A program made the position numbers and the translations under genes. The notes beneath the pieces were generated by a model. The model was not told where the DNA came from, did not search any database, and was given only the letters and a program-made list of their open reading frames with translations. 61,656 bases of DNA from contig JAZDGL010000069.1 of the NCBI GenBank assembly GCA_043806975.1, positions 1-61,656 of the forward strand, written 5' to 3'. Position 1 is the stretch's first letter; every line of letters begins with the position of its first letter. This document shows, in pieces, positions 53,488 through 61,656 of the stretch. The DNA is from a bacterium. Lineage in GTDB: Bacteria > Patescibacteriota > Minisyncoccia > CAYZDR01.

Positions 53488-54747
53488 ATGAGGCAAACTC
53501 AACTTTTTACAAAAACAATCAAACAAGCTCCGAAAGATGAGCCGAGCTTAAATGCGCAGCTTTTAATTCGGGCGGGATTTATTGATAAATTAGCGGCGGG
53601 AATTTATTCTTTTTTGCCATTGGGGCTAATGGTTTTAAATAAAATAGAAAATATAATTCGCGAGGAAATGAATGCAATTGGAGGGCAGGAAATTTTGATG
53701 CCGGCAATACATCCAAAAGAAAATTGGGAGGCAGCAGGCAGGTGGGAAGCGATGGATGTGCTATATAAAATTAAGGATTTTTCAGAAAGAGAATTTGCGC
53801 TTGGGGCAACTCACGAAGAAATTATAACTCCTTTGGCGGGGAAATTTATTAGTTCGTATAAAGATTTGCCGAAATATATTTATCAATTTCAGACTAAATT
53901 TAGAGATGAAAAGCGGGCGAAGTCGGGGCTATTAAGAGGCAAAGAATTTAGAATGAAGGATTTATATTCTTTCCACCAAAATCAGAATGATTTGGATGAT
54001 TATTATGAAAAAGCTGCGGAAGCATATAAAAAAATTTTTATGCGGCTGGGAATTGGCGAAATTACTTTTTTAACTTTTGCTTCCGGCGGCGCATTTAGCA
54101 AGTATTCTCACGAGTTTCAGACAGTTTCTGAAATAGGCGAAGACACGATTTATATTTGCGAGAAATGCAAAGTAGCGGTGAACAAAGAAATTATAGGAGA
54201 GCAAAAAACCTGTCCGCAATGCGGAAATTCTGATTTAACTGAAAAAAAATCTATTGAGACAGGCAACATTTTTAAGCTAGGCGATAGATTTTCAAAAGCT
54301 TTTGGGTTGAAGTATTTAGATAAAAATGGAAAAGAAAATTGTGCTTTGATGGGGTGCTACGGAATTGGACTTTCTAGAATAATGGGGACATTGGTTGAGA
54401 TTTTTCACGACAATAAGGGGATTATTTGGTCAGAGATGGTTGCGCCGTTTAGAGTCCATTTAATTGATATTTGCAAGGGTGAAAAATTTTCTGCTGGATT
54501 AAATTCAGAAAATCGCGCTGACAAAATTTATTGCGAATTGCAGGAGGCGGGAGTTGAAGTTTTGTTTGACGATCGCGATATATCTGCTGGGGCTAAATTC
54601 GCCGATGCTGATTTGATTGGAATTCCTTACAGGGTGGTTGTAAGTGAGAAGACATTGTCCGAAGATTCTGTGGAAATAAAAAGACGAGATTTGGAAAAAA
54701 TAGAAATGGTAAAAATCAATAAATTAACAGAAAAATTTAAAATTTAA
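53488..54747 (+). CDS. proS: proline--tRNA ligase, short form lacking the INS editing domain
   Basis: MRQTQLFTKTIKQAPKDEPSLNAQLLIRAGFI, class II motifs (FRDEKRAKSGLLRGKEFRMKD, GCYGIGLSR). A CxxC-x14-CxxC sits where bacterial ProRS carries the INS domain. Confidence 0.88.
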   Translation: MRQTQLFTKTIKQAPKDEPSLNAQLLIRAGFIDKLAAGIYSFLPLGLMVLNKIENIIREEMNAIGGQEILMPAIHPKENWEAAGRWEAMDVLYKIKDFSEREFALGATHEEIITPLAGKFISSYKDLPKYIYQFQTKFRDEKRAKSGLLRGKEFRMKDLYSFHQNQNDLDDYYEKAAEAYKKIFMRLGIGEITFLTFASGGAFSKYSHEFQTVSEIGEDTIYICEKCKVAVNKEIIGEQKTCPQCGNSDLTEKKSIETGNIFKLGDRFSKAFGLKYLDKNGKENCALMGCYGIGLSRIMGTLVEIFHDNKGIIWSEMVAPFRVHLIDICKGEKFSAGLNSENRADKIYCELQEAGVEVLFDDRDISAGAKFADADLIGIPYRVVVSEKTLSEDSVEIKRRDLEKIEMVKINKLTEKFKI

Positions 54748-54759
54748 AAAATACTTATT

Positions 54760-55797
54760 ATGTTGAATAAACTGTTATCTTTGTTATCTCATGACATTGG
54801 CATAGACCTTGGCACCGCTAATACCCTTGTTTATGTCAGAAAAAAAGGCATTGTTATCAACGAGCCTTCCGTTGTGGCAATAAACCAAAAAACTGGAAAA
54901 GTTTTGGCGATAGGCGAAAATGCAAAAAAGATGGTGGGGAAAACGCCTGGGTATATAACGGCGATAAGACCATTAGTTGATGGGGTTATTTCTGATTTTG
55001 AAATTACCGAACAGATGCTTAGATATTTTATTGATAAAGTTCAGAGCGCGAAGTTTTTTTCATTTTTGTCGCGGCCGAGGATAGTAATTGGGATCCCGTC
55101 AGGGGTTACGGAAGTGGAAAAGAAAGCGGTTCAAGATGCGGCAATGAGCGCGGGAGCGCGGGAGGTATATTTAATTGAAGAGCCGATGGCGGCGGCAATT
55201 GGCTCGCGGCTTCCTATACAAGAAGCAACGGGGAATATGATAATTGATATTGGGGGAGGAACGACAGACATTGCTGTGATTTCGCTTGGCGGGATAGTTG
55301 TTTCAAAAAGCTTGCGAATTGCAGGCGATGAAATGAATGAAAGTATAATCCAATTTGTTCGTGAGCAGTTTAATATCCTTTTGGGGGAAAGAACAGCTGA
55401 AGCCGTGAAGATAAATATCGGTTCTGCTTGTGAATTGCCTGAACCGATGGAAATGCAAATTCGCGGACGAGATATCGTTACGGGGCTTCCGCGTGAAGCG
55501 ACTATAACTGACGAACAGGCAAGGATGGCCTTAAAGAAAACCGTAAAGGTGATAATTAGCAACGCAAAGGCTGCCATCGAAGAAACTCCGCCTGAGCTAG
55601 TTGCCGATATTATGCACAGGGGGATTGTTTTAACGGGAGGCGGAAGCCTTTTGAAGGGGTTGGATAAGGCGATTGCCGAAGAAACAAAAATGCCGATTAA
55701 AATTACCGAGGATCCGCTCACTTCCGTGGTCCGCGGAGCAGGAATAATTTTGGAGGATCTAGATTCTTTAAGGGAAGTTTTGGCGAGCGCGGTTTAA
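54760..55797 (+). CDS. mreB: rod shape-determining protein MreB (operon copy)
   Basis: IGIDLGTANTLVYVRKKGIVINEPSVVAI, IIDIGGGTTDIAVISLGG, LTGGGSLLKGLD. It is followed by mreC, mreD and PBP2. Confidence 0.95.
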   Translation: MLNKLLSLLSHDIGIDLGTANTLVYVRKKGIVINEPSVVAINQKTGKVLAIGENAKKMVGKTPGYITAIRPLVDGVISDFEITEQMLRYFIDKVQSAKFFSFLSRPRIVIGIPSGVTEVEKKAVQDAAMSAGAREVYLIEEPMAAAIGSRLPIQEATGNMIIDIGGGTTDIAVISLGGIVVSKSLRIAGDEMNESIIQFVREQFNILLGERTAEAVKINIGSACELPEPMEMQIRGRDIVTGLPREATITDEQARMALKKTVKVIISNAKAAIEETPPELVADIMHRGIVLTGGGSLLKGLDKAIAEETKMPIKITEDPLTSVVRGAGIILEDLDSLREVLASAV

Positions 55798-55806
55798 GGG
55801 CGTGTT

Positions 55807-55981
55807 TATAGCTCCCGCAAAACAAATTCCGATGTTTTCTCCCTTAGTAAGGGGGAATTGAAAGGGGTTCTAAAATTTTCTCCCTTTGAAAAGGGAGATT
55901 GAGAGGGATTCCGATATTTTCTCCCTTTTTGAAGGGAGACTAAGAGGGATTTTAAAATAAATTTGTTTTGCGGGAACTATA
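55807..55981 (+). repeat. family-1 repeat with 3 tandem modules between mreB and mreC
   Basis: TATAGCTCCCGCAAAACAAATTCC, then three TTTTCTCCC-loop-GGG(G)GA units, ending AAATTTGTTTTGCGGGAACTATA. The last A is the A of the mreC ATG. Confidence 0.9.
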
Positions 55982-56769
55982 TGTTATTTAAACCAAAAAA
56001 ACCAATTTTAAAATATATATCAATTGCGTTTCTTTCTGTGGGAATAATTTGGATTTTGCTTGTAAACTCTTCCGCTGGAAGCTGGGTTTTTAAAATTTCG
56101 CATCCATTTATTGAAACAGGCAGCGATGTTTTTTTATTTGTAAAATCTTTTTTAAAAATAAATCAAATTAGTCAAGATAATATCAGGCTTGGCAAAGAGA
56201 ATTTAACTCTTCTTTCAGAGAATATCAGGCTAAAAGAAGTAGAGCTAGAAAATGTTGCGTTAAGAAAGCAGCTTAGTCTTCCCGCGTTGGGGAACAAACG
56301 GTCGGTAAGAGCGAATATCTCTGGCTTTGATCCGTTTGAGTCTGCAAACTATTTGACGATTGATAAAGGCGCGAAAGACGGAATAAAAAATAATTTGCCC
56401 GTTTTGTCGCAAGAAGGCTTTTTGGTGGGGAGAATAGAAGAAACTAATCAAAATTATTCTAAAATTATCACTATTTTTTCTCCAAAAAGCTCAATTGCCG
56501 TGATAGACCAAGAGACAAGAAGCGCAGGGGTTTTAAAAGGAAATTTTGGAACTTCTCTCGCGCTGGATTTGGTTCCTCAATACGAAGATTTGAAACAAGG
56601 CGATATCCTTATCACATCTTCTATGGGAGGAATTTTTCCAAAAGGAATAGTCGTTGGAAAAGTAGGCGAGGTGGCTTCAAATTCTAATGATATTTTTAAA
56701 AAAGCCGAGGCAAGCTCTTTTTTGGATTTGCGCAAGCTTGAAGTCGCGGTCGTTATTTTAGAAGAATAA
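55981..56769 (+). CDS. mreC: rod shape-determining protein MreC
   Basis: N-terminal TM segment, coiled coil (ENLTLLSENIRLKEVELENVALRKQL), a C-terminal beta-barrel region (GDILITSSMGGIFPKGIVVGKV). The ATG at 55981 is preferred because the upstream part of the ORF lies inside the repeat. Confidence 0.85.
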   Translation: MLFKPKKPILKYISIAFLSVGIIWILLVNSSAGSWVFKISHPFIETGSDVFLFVKSFLKINQISQDNIRLGKENLTLLSENIRLKEVELENVALRKQLSLPALGNKRSVRANISGFDPFESANYLTIDKGAKDGIKNNLPVLSQEGFLVGRIEETNQNYSKIITIFSPKSSIAVIDQETRSAGVLKGNFGTSLALDLVPQYEDLKQGDILITSSMGGIFPKGIVVGKVGEVASNSNDIFKKAEASSFLDLRKLEVAVVILEE

Positions 56770-56770
56770 A

Positions 56771-57268
56771 ATGCAGGATTTATTATTATTTTTAATTTTC
56801 TTTTTCGCTTCTATTGCTGATGTCGCTTTTTTTGCAAGTTTTTCGGGAAAATTTCCGATATTTTTATCGCTAGCGCTGGCAATAGTTTTGGCGGCTGATT
56901 TTAATGAGCGGGGGCAGTTTTTTTGGATAATGACGCCTGTGGCTGTAATAAGTATTTTTTCAAAGTCATTTTTAAGGATTTTCGCCTATTTTTATTTCGC
57001 CTATTTTTTTACCAGGTTTTTATCCAGGAAGATTAAATCGGAGAAGAAAATAAAAATAGCGCTGATTTATTTTTTGCCGATTTTGATATGCGCGCTATGG
57101 AATGTATTTTATAGAACGAGCGGGTTTAAAAAGCTGGATTTAGATATTCTCACATTGCAAGCGGAGTTTATTGTGATAGAGTTATTTTTCATTTTTTTGA
57201 TCAAAAAAATCTGTAAAATTATAAAAATAAAGCGCGATTTTGATGGAACAAGATTCAAACGAATTTAA
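56771..57268 (+). CDS. mreD: rod shape-determining protein MreD
   Basis: 165-aa polytopic membrane protein in the canonical position between mreC and PBP2. The call rests mainly on position. Confidence 0.65.
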   Translation: MQDLLLFLIFFFASIADVAFFASFSGKFPIFLSLALAIVLAADFNERGQFFWIMTPVAVISIFSKSFLRIFAYFYFAYFFTRFLSRKIKSEKKIKIALIYFLPILICALWNVFYRTSGFKKLDLDILTLQAEFIVIELFFIFLIKKICKIIKIKRDFDGTRFKRI

Positions 57269-59180
57269 AAAATATAAAGTGTCAAAGAACAGGGATGAGA
57301 TTGAAGCGGAGCATGTGATGGCAGAGGCGAATTTAGATGATGACTATGGAGAATTTGAATTTTCTTTGGGCGGAGCTAGAATTTGGAGCTTGGGGGTTTT
57401 TATTATTTTGGCGCTGCTTGTATTTTTGGGAAAAACGGCTTATTTGCAAGTGATAAGAGGAGCGATTTATCAGAACGAAGCGCTTGAAAATAAAATAAAA
57501 AAAATTCCCGTTGAAGCGCCGAGGGGTATAATATTTTCAAGAGATGGGAGGCAGCTGGTTTCCAATTCAGCAGTTTTTGATTTAGCCGCGGCGCAAAAAA
57601 CTTTTCCAAAAAGCGAAGCTGGGCGCAATGAAATTATTAAGAATTTGAAAGATTTGCAGGGGGCATATTCCAATGGAGAGGCTTTGAAAGAAATTTCTGA
57701 CGCGATTTTAAATTTTAATTTGGATAAATCGTCGCTTATTTTATATAAAGATATTCCAAGAGAAATTGCTCTTGCGATTGAAGCCAATTCGGAGAAATTT
57801 TTGGGAGTGGAGGTTTTGAGGGGAATTTCTCGTTTTTATATTGAAAAAGATATAATGGCGCATATTTTGGGGTATTTAGGCCTTGTTTCCAAAGATGATT
57901 TAAAAAAAGGTTCGCAGTATTTGCCTACGCAGGTTATTGGAAAATCAGGTGTGGAGTTGGTTTATGAGGATTTATTAAAGGGCGAGCTTGGCGTTCAGCT
58001 TGTTGAAACCGATTCTTCTGGCGCAAAAAAAGAGAATTTAGCGCTTAAAGAGCCTGAACCTGGCCGCGATTTGATTATTTCAATAGACTTTGATTTGCAG
58101 AAATTTATTTATAATGTTTTGAAAATTAGAGCGTTTGAAAGCGAGTCAGATAAGGCTTGCGCTGTGGCGATGAACCCGAAAAATGGAGAAATTTTGGCGC
58201 TGGTGAATTTGCCATCTTTTGATAATAATGTTTTTTCAGGGAATATAAACAAGGGCGAATATGACAAGCTGATTTTAGATAAGAATAAGCCGCTTTTTAA
58301 TAGGGTAATTTCTGGGGAATATCCGCCTGGATCAACCATAAAACCGGTGGTGGGGATTGCGGCGCTGGAAGAGAATGTTGTTAGTAGGAATACAGTAATT
58401 CAAGATAATGGCGTAATAACGATAGTAAATCAATATAATCCTGGCGTTGTTTATAATTTTTTTGGGTGGAATAGATCGGGCTTGGGTCCGATGGATATTT
58501 TTAGCGCAATTGCGCAGTCGTCAGACATTTTCTTTTATACAGCGGGAGGCGGAAATGGCGATTTTTCTGGCTTGGGGGTGGATAAGTTGAATAGTTATTT
58601 TAAAAAATTCGGGATGGGCGAAAAACTTTTGATAGATTTGCCGGGAGAATCTGCGGGGCTGGTTCCCGACCCTCAGTGGAAAAAGAAAATAAAAAATGAA
58701 GATTGGTTTTTGGGCGATACTTACCATATTTCAATCGGGCAGGGCGATTTGCTGGCAACTCCTTTACAGGTGGCGGGGTGGACTGCGGCAATTGCGAATG
58801 GTGGAGTTTTGATGAAGCCTCATTTGGGAATTTTTGAGGTAGAACCGAACGGCGATAAAAAAGCGGTAGAGGCGGAAGTTTTGCGAAAACTTGACTTAGA
58901 AAGTAAAAATCTTGAAATTATAAAAGAGGCGATGCGAAAGTCGGTTTTAGAGGGATCGGCGAAGAGTTTGGCAAATTTACCGGTTGAAATTGCGGGAAAA
59001 ACTGGAACGGCTGAATTTGGCGGGCAAGATCAAACGCACGCGTGGTTCACTTGTTTCGCTCCCTTTAATAATCCTGAAATTGTTTTAGTTATTTTAGTTG
59101 AAGGCGGAGGCGGCGGAAGCGATGTCGCTGTCCCAATCGCAAAAGAAATTTTAGAATTTTGGGCAGATAAATACTTTTAG
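57243..59180 (+). CDS. mrdA: penicillin-binding protein 2 (elongation transpeptidase)
   Basis: TM anchor, dimerisation domain RGIIFSRDGRQLV, SxxK (GSTIKP), SxD (SSD) at the SxN position, KTG (GKTGTAE). Confidence 0.9.
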   Translation: MEQDSNEFKKYKVSKNRDEIEAEHVMAEANLDDDYGEFEFSLGGARIWSLGVFIILALLVFLGKTAYLQVIRGAIYQNEALENKIKKIPVEAPRGIIFSRDGRQLVSNSAVFDLAAAQKTFPKSEAGRNEIIKNLKDLQGAYSNGEALKEISDAILNFNLDKSSLILYKDIPREIALAIEANSEKFLGVEVLRGISRFYIEKDIMAHILGYLGLVSKDDLKKGSQYLPTQVIGKSGVELVYEDLLKGELGVQLVETDSSGAKKENLALKEPEPGRDLIISIDFDLQKFIYNVLKIRAFESESDKACAVAMNPKNGEILALVNLPSFDNNVFSGNINKGEYDKLILDKNKPLFNRVISGEYPPGSTIKPVVGIAALEENVVSRNTVIQDNGVITIVNQYNPGVVYNFFGWNRSGLGPMDIFSAIAQSSDIFFYTAGGGNGDFSGLGVDKLNSYFKKFGMGEKLLIDLPGESAGLVPDPQWKKKIKNEDWFLGDTYHISIGQGDLLATPLQVAGWTAAIANGGVLMKPHLGIFEVEPNGDKKAVEAEVLRKLDLESKNLEIIKEAMRKSVLEGSAKSLANLPVEIAGKTGTAEFGGQDQTHAWFTCFAPFNNPEIVLVILVEGGGGGSDVAVPIAKEILEFWADKYF

Positions 59181-59196
59181 AGCAAGCGAGGAATTT

Positions 59197-59225
59197 TTGC
59201 GTAAAAATTGCGTTTTTGGTATAAT
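59197..59225 (+). promoter_or_regulatory. sigma-70-type promoter upstream of the third R-M cassette
   Basis: TTGCGT, 17-nt spacer, TATAAT. Confidence 0.55.
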
Positions 59226-59238
59226 GATATTAAGGAAT

Positions 59239-59459
59239 ATATAGCTTTTGTAAAATAATTATATGGTAACTATTTCAATATCACAAAAAAAATTTCAAAA
59301 AATGAAAAAACTTTATGATAGATTTTATGAGATATATGGGGACAATGAAACCGTTTGGGATTTAAGCGATTTAGATAATATGCGCGAGATGGGGCAGGAA
59401 TTTATGGATATTTTCGCTGTTAATTTTAAAGAATAAATAAATTAGTTTTGCGAGAGCTA
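59239..59459 (+). repeat. family-1-like TIR pair enclosing a small ORF instead of hairpin modules
   Basis: The left end TATAGCTTTTGTAAAATAA resembles the divergent copy at 21750. The right end AAATAAATTAGTTTTGCGAGAGCTA matches the 3' TIR consensus. Confidence 0.5.
59263..59436 (+). CDS. 57-aa acidic small protein, absent from the ORF track
   Basis: MVTISISQKKFQKMKKLYDRFYEIYGDNETVWDLSDLDNMREMGQEFMDIFAVNFKE. It lies downstream of the 59197 promoter. There is no clear SD. Confidence 0.3.
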   Translation: MVTISISQKKFQKMKKLYDRFYEIYGDNETVWDLSDLDNMREMGQEFMDIFAVNFKE

Positions 59460-59483
59460 CATTATTATGAAAATAAAAAACAT

Positions 59484-60347
59484 ATGGATAATTACGAAGA
59501 TTTTAAAAACAGATTTAAACTTTTAGCTAGTAAAAATCATCATTTGGTAGTTAATACATTGTCAAATATTTTTACAATGCGGTTGATTGGCAATAAAACA
59601 CACGGAGATTTAGCGGAAATTGGGATGGTTGAATTTATCAATCAATTTATGTATGACTTTAAAAGTATCCATGTCGGGAAAGATCGTTTTAGAGCAAAAG
59701 AGCATGAAGAAGATATTATGATAATAAATGAAATAAATAAAACAGAATTTCCTGTTAGTCTAAAAGCTTATGGAGTTGGTCCATTGCAGTTATCAACTGA
59801 TAGCCAGCAAAAAATGTTTCCTTTTCTTGAAAAACAGGGGCGAATGATAAAAGATTATGAAAAAGTAAGGGGAGTTTTTAACGCTTCTGAATTTTCTGAT
59901 TTTGGAGCTATAAATATTATGCCATTGATTTATGATGAAGAAAATCAACGCTGCAATATTATGATATTTAACCATAGAAAAGCGATGTCTGATACGATGA
60001 AAATCATATTCGTTGATAGAGGGAAAAAAATTGACTTTTCAACGGGAAAAATTATAGCAGGAAAAGGGAGATCTCATCCTATTTTTATGTTTTTAGATTC
60101 AAAGAATAATTATATATGCGAGGTAAGGTATGGAGGCGCATCTGCAAATGCTTTGCAACGCGGTCTTTGGACGCATACAAAAAATGCTGTAAGCTATTTT
60201 GATTCGTTGACAAATGGATGGATAGATTATTCGTATAATCATACGCTCGTTAAACTTTTTGGTCTTGCTTTAAATAGTTCTGAAGATGGTCATAAAATAG
60301 CCAATGATATATTGCAAAAAGATATTGAGAGGCTGAAAAAGATATGA
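59484..60347 (+). CDS. putative type II restriction endonuclease (partner of the D12 MTase)
   Basis: 4-nt overlap with the downstream adenine MTase. HGDLAEIGMVEF...EEDIMIIN...VSLKAYG is compatible with a PD-(D/E)XK core. The ATG at 59484 is preferred because the 59448 start lies in the TIR. Confidence 0.5.
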   Translation: MDNYEDFKNRFKLLASKNHHLVVNTLSNIFTMRLIGNKTHGDLAEIGMVEFINQFMYDFKSIHVGKDRFRAKEHEEDIMIINEINKTEFPVSLKAYGVGPLQLSTDSQQKMFPFLEKQGRMIKDYEKVRGVFNASEFSDFGAINIMPLIYDEENQRCNIMIFNHRKAMSDTMKIIFVDRGKKIDFSTGKIIAGKGRSHPIFMFLDSKNNYICEVRYGGASANALQRGLWTHTKNAVSYFDSLTNGWIDYSYNHTLVKLFGLALNSSEDGHKIANDILQKDIERLKKI

Positions 60348-61462
60348 GTGGGAAGCAATTAGATATTTTTGGAAAGGAAGCATTGATTATCCCAAAAACG
60401 GAGGGAATAAAGTATGCAGGTTCAAAACTAAAAATACTACCGTATATTATCCAGCTTTTAAGCGAAATTGGTGAAGTAAAAAATGTGTTAGACGGATTTA
60501 GCGGGACGACCAGAGTGTCGCAGGCGCTTGCTCAGCTTGGGTATAAAATAACAGCTAATGATGTTTCGGCGTGGTCAGAGGTTTTTGGTGTTTGCTATTT
60601 GAGGTCAGACAAGGAAGATAAATTTTATCAAGAGATTTTAAATCATCTGAATGGTTTAAAGGGGTATGATGGTTGGTTCACGAAACATTATGGAGTTGAA
60701 ATAAGTGGAGGGAAAAAACCATTTCAAGCGAAAAATACTAGAAAATTAGATGCAATTAGAGATGAAATAGATAAATTAAATTTGATTTGGGAAGATAAGT
60801 GTGTTATTTTAACGAGTCTTATTTATGCTCTTGATTCTGTTGATAATACTATTGGACATTACGCGTCTTATTTGGCAAAATGGTCGCCTAGATCGCATAA
60901 TAATCTATTTTTAAAATTGCCTAGGAGGTTTAAGAATAACCAAAGTCATAAAATAATTCGCGGGGATATTTTTGATGTAATACGGAAAAAAGAATTTGAT
61001 TTTGCTTATTTTGATCCCCCTTATGGTTCCAATAATGAAAAAATGCCTCCAAGCCGCGTAAGATATTCTTCTTATTACCATATTTGGACTACGGTGATTA
61101 ACAATGATAAGCCGGAATTATTCGGGAAAGTTAATCGTAGGGCAGACACAAGAGATTTGATAGCCGGATCTGTGTTTGAAGAATATAGAAAAAATGAGAA
61201 TGGAAATTTTATTGCTATGGAGGCTTTGAGGAAATTGATTCAGCAAACTAAATCTCGTTATATTCTTCTTTCATATAGCTCTGGCGGGAGGGCGACAAAA
61301 CAGGAGTTGAATGGCATAATTCATGAATCAGGAAAACTATTAAAAGCAGTTGAAATTAATTATAAAGTGAATGTTATGGGAGGGATGCGCTGGACAAATG
61401 AATGGGTCAACAACGACAGCCAGCATCATGAGTATTTATTTCTAATGGAAAAAAACAAATAG
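60344..61462 (+). CDS. N6-adenine DNA methyltransferase, D12 (Dam-like) class
   Basis: IKYAGSKLKILPYI (Dam-like N-terminus), motif I LDGFSGTTRVS, motif IV FAYFDPPYG. Confidence 0.8.
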   Translation: MSGKQLDIFGKEALIIPKTEGIKYAGSKLKILPYIIQLLSEIGEVKNVLDGFSGTTRVSQALAQLGYKITANDVSAWSEVFGVCYLRSDKEDKFYQEILNHLNGLKGYDGWFTKHYGVEISGGKKPFQAKNTRKLDAIRDEIDKLNLIWEDKCVILTSLIYALDSVDNTIGHYASYLAKWSPRSHNNLFLKLPRRFKNNQSHKIIRGDIFDVIRKKEFDFAYFDPPYGSNNEKMPPSRVRYSSYYHIWTTVINNDKPELFGKVNRRADTRDLIAGSVFEEYRKNENGNFIAMEALRKLIQQTKSRYILLSYSSGGRATKQELNGIIHESGKLLKAVEINYKVNVMGGMRWTNEWVNNDSQHHEYLFLMEKNK

Positions 61463-61656
61463 GGTTTTGGTGTTGGATAAACCGCTCGTAGTTAGTTGAA
61501 GGGTTTTTTAACTGTCTGTTTGTTGCATATTTTTCTATTGGTGGTATAATTATTGTAAAGTTAATAAAAAGCAATGGCATAGCGGGAAGAAGCTGTGTTT
61601 TTGCATTATTTATAATTAACTAAATAGGGGGGAGGAACAATAAAAAATGAATGAAA

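Noticed and set aside
1-61656. A search for reverse transcriptase, integrase, transposase, Cas, or phage structural genes that could explain the repeats or mark a retron, DGR, prophage or CRISPR system.
   Set aside because: I recognise no such signature (YxDD RT motif, tyrosine-recombinase R-H-R-Y tail, DDE transposase, Cas motifs) in any ORF of 60 aa or more. Absence within the window does not exclude them elsewhere in the genome.
61647-61656. A possible CDS start (ATGAATGAAA) preceded by GGGGGGAGG at the window end.
   Set aside because: Only three codons are visible, which is too little to call a gene.

Overview
This is a 61.7-kb, AT-rich, gene-dense window with nearly all genes on the + strand. 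I infer a reduced-genome bacterium of the Candidate Phyla Radiation (Patescibacteria/Parcubacteria-like). That inference rests on gene content: LTD, PEGA and HARE-HTH/sigma-region-4 proteins, a TraD-like ATPase with a CxxC-x17-CxxC tail, and a ProRS without an editing domain.

The backbone is housekeeping:
- xseAB and scpAB
- a cell-wall block: dac-like carboxypeptidase, mraY, ftsW, murG
- hpf, secA, secDF, rlmN, mnmA, alaS
- an FtsA-like gene
- a ribosomal/rpoA block: infA-rpmJ-rpsM-rpsK-rpsD-rpoA-rplQ-rplM-rpsI
- holB, frr, rseP, proS
- mreB-mreC-mreD-PBP2 plus a second mreB paralog
- three tRNA genes: Ala-CGC, Pro-CGG, Val-CAC

Several features sit on top of this backbone:
1. Three separate type II restriction-modification cassettes: R-M(C5), M-R-M and R-M(D12). 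Each is bracketed by copies or fragments of one repeat family, and two of them sit next to tRNA genes.
2. A modular repeat family bounded by terminal inverted repeats (TIRs) and made of hairpins, called family 1 here. There are 6 full copies plus fragments. All lie in the transcribed orientation, and some fill operon-internal gaps and abut start codons.
3. A second GC-rich structured repeat of about 152 nt (family 2, two copies). One copy appears nested inside a family-1 element.
4. A 219-nt in-frame block of GC-rich hairpins inside alaS.
5. A sensor histidine kinase split by a G7 homopolymer. It is translationally coupled to a 677-aa protein that combines class II (DxDDT, QW) and class I (DDxxD, DxxEDxxRG) terpene-synthase-type motifs.
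6. Several unannotated small ORFs and candidate leaderless promoters.

All protein calls come from motif recognition by eye. No database search was run. Coordinates of RNA and repeat features were counted by hand.
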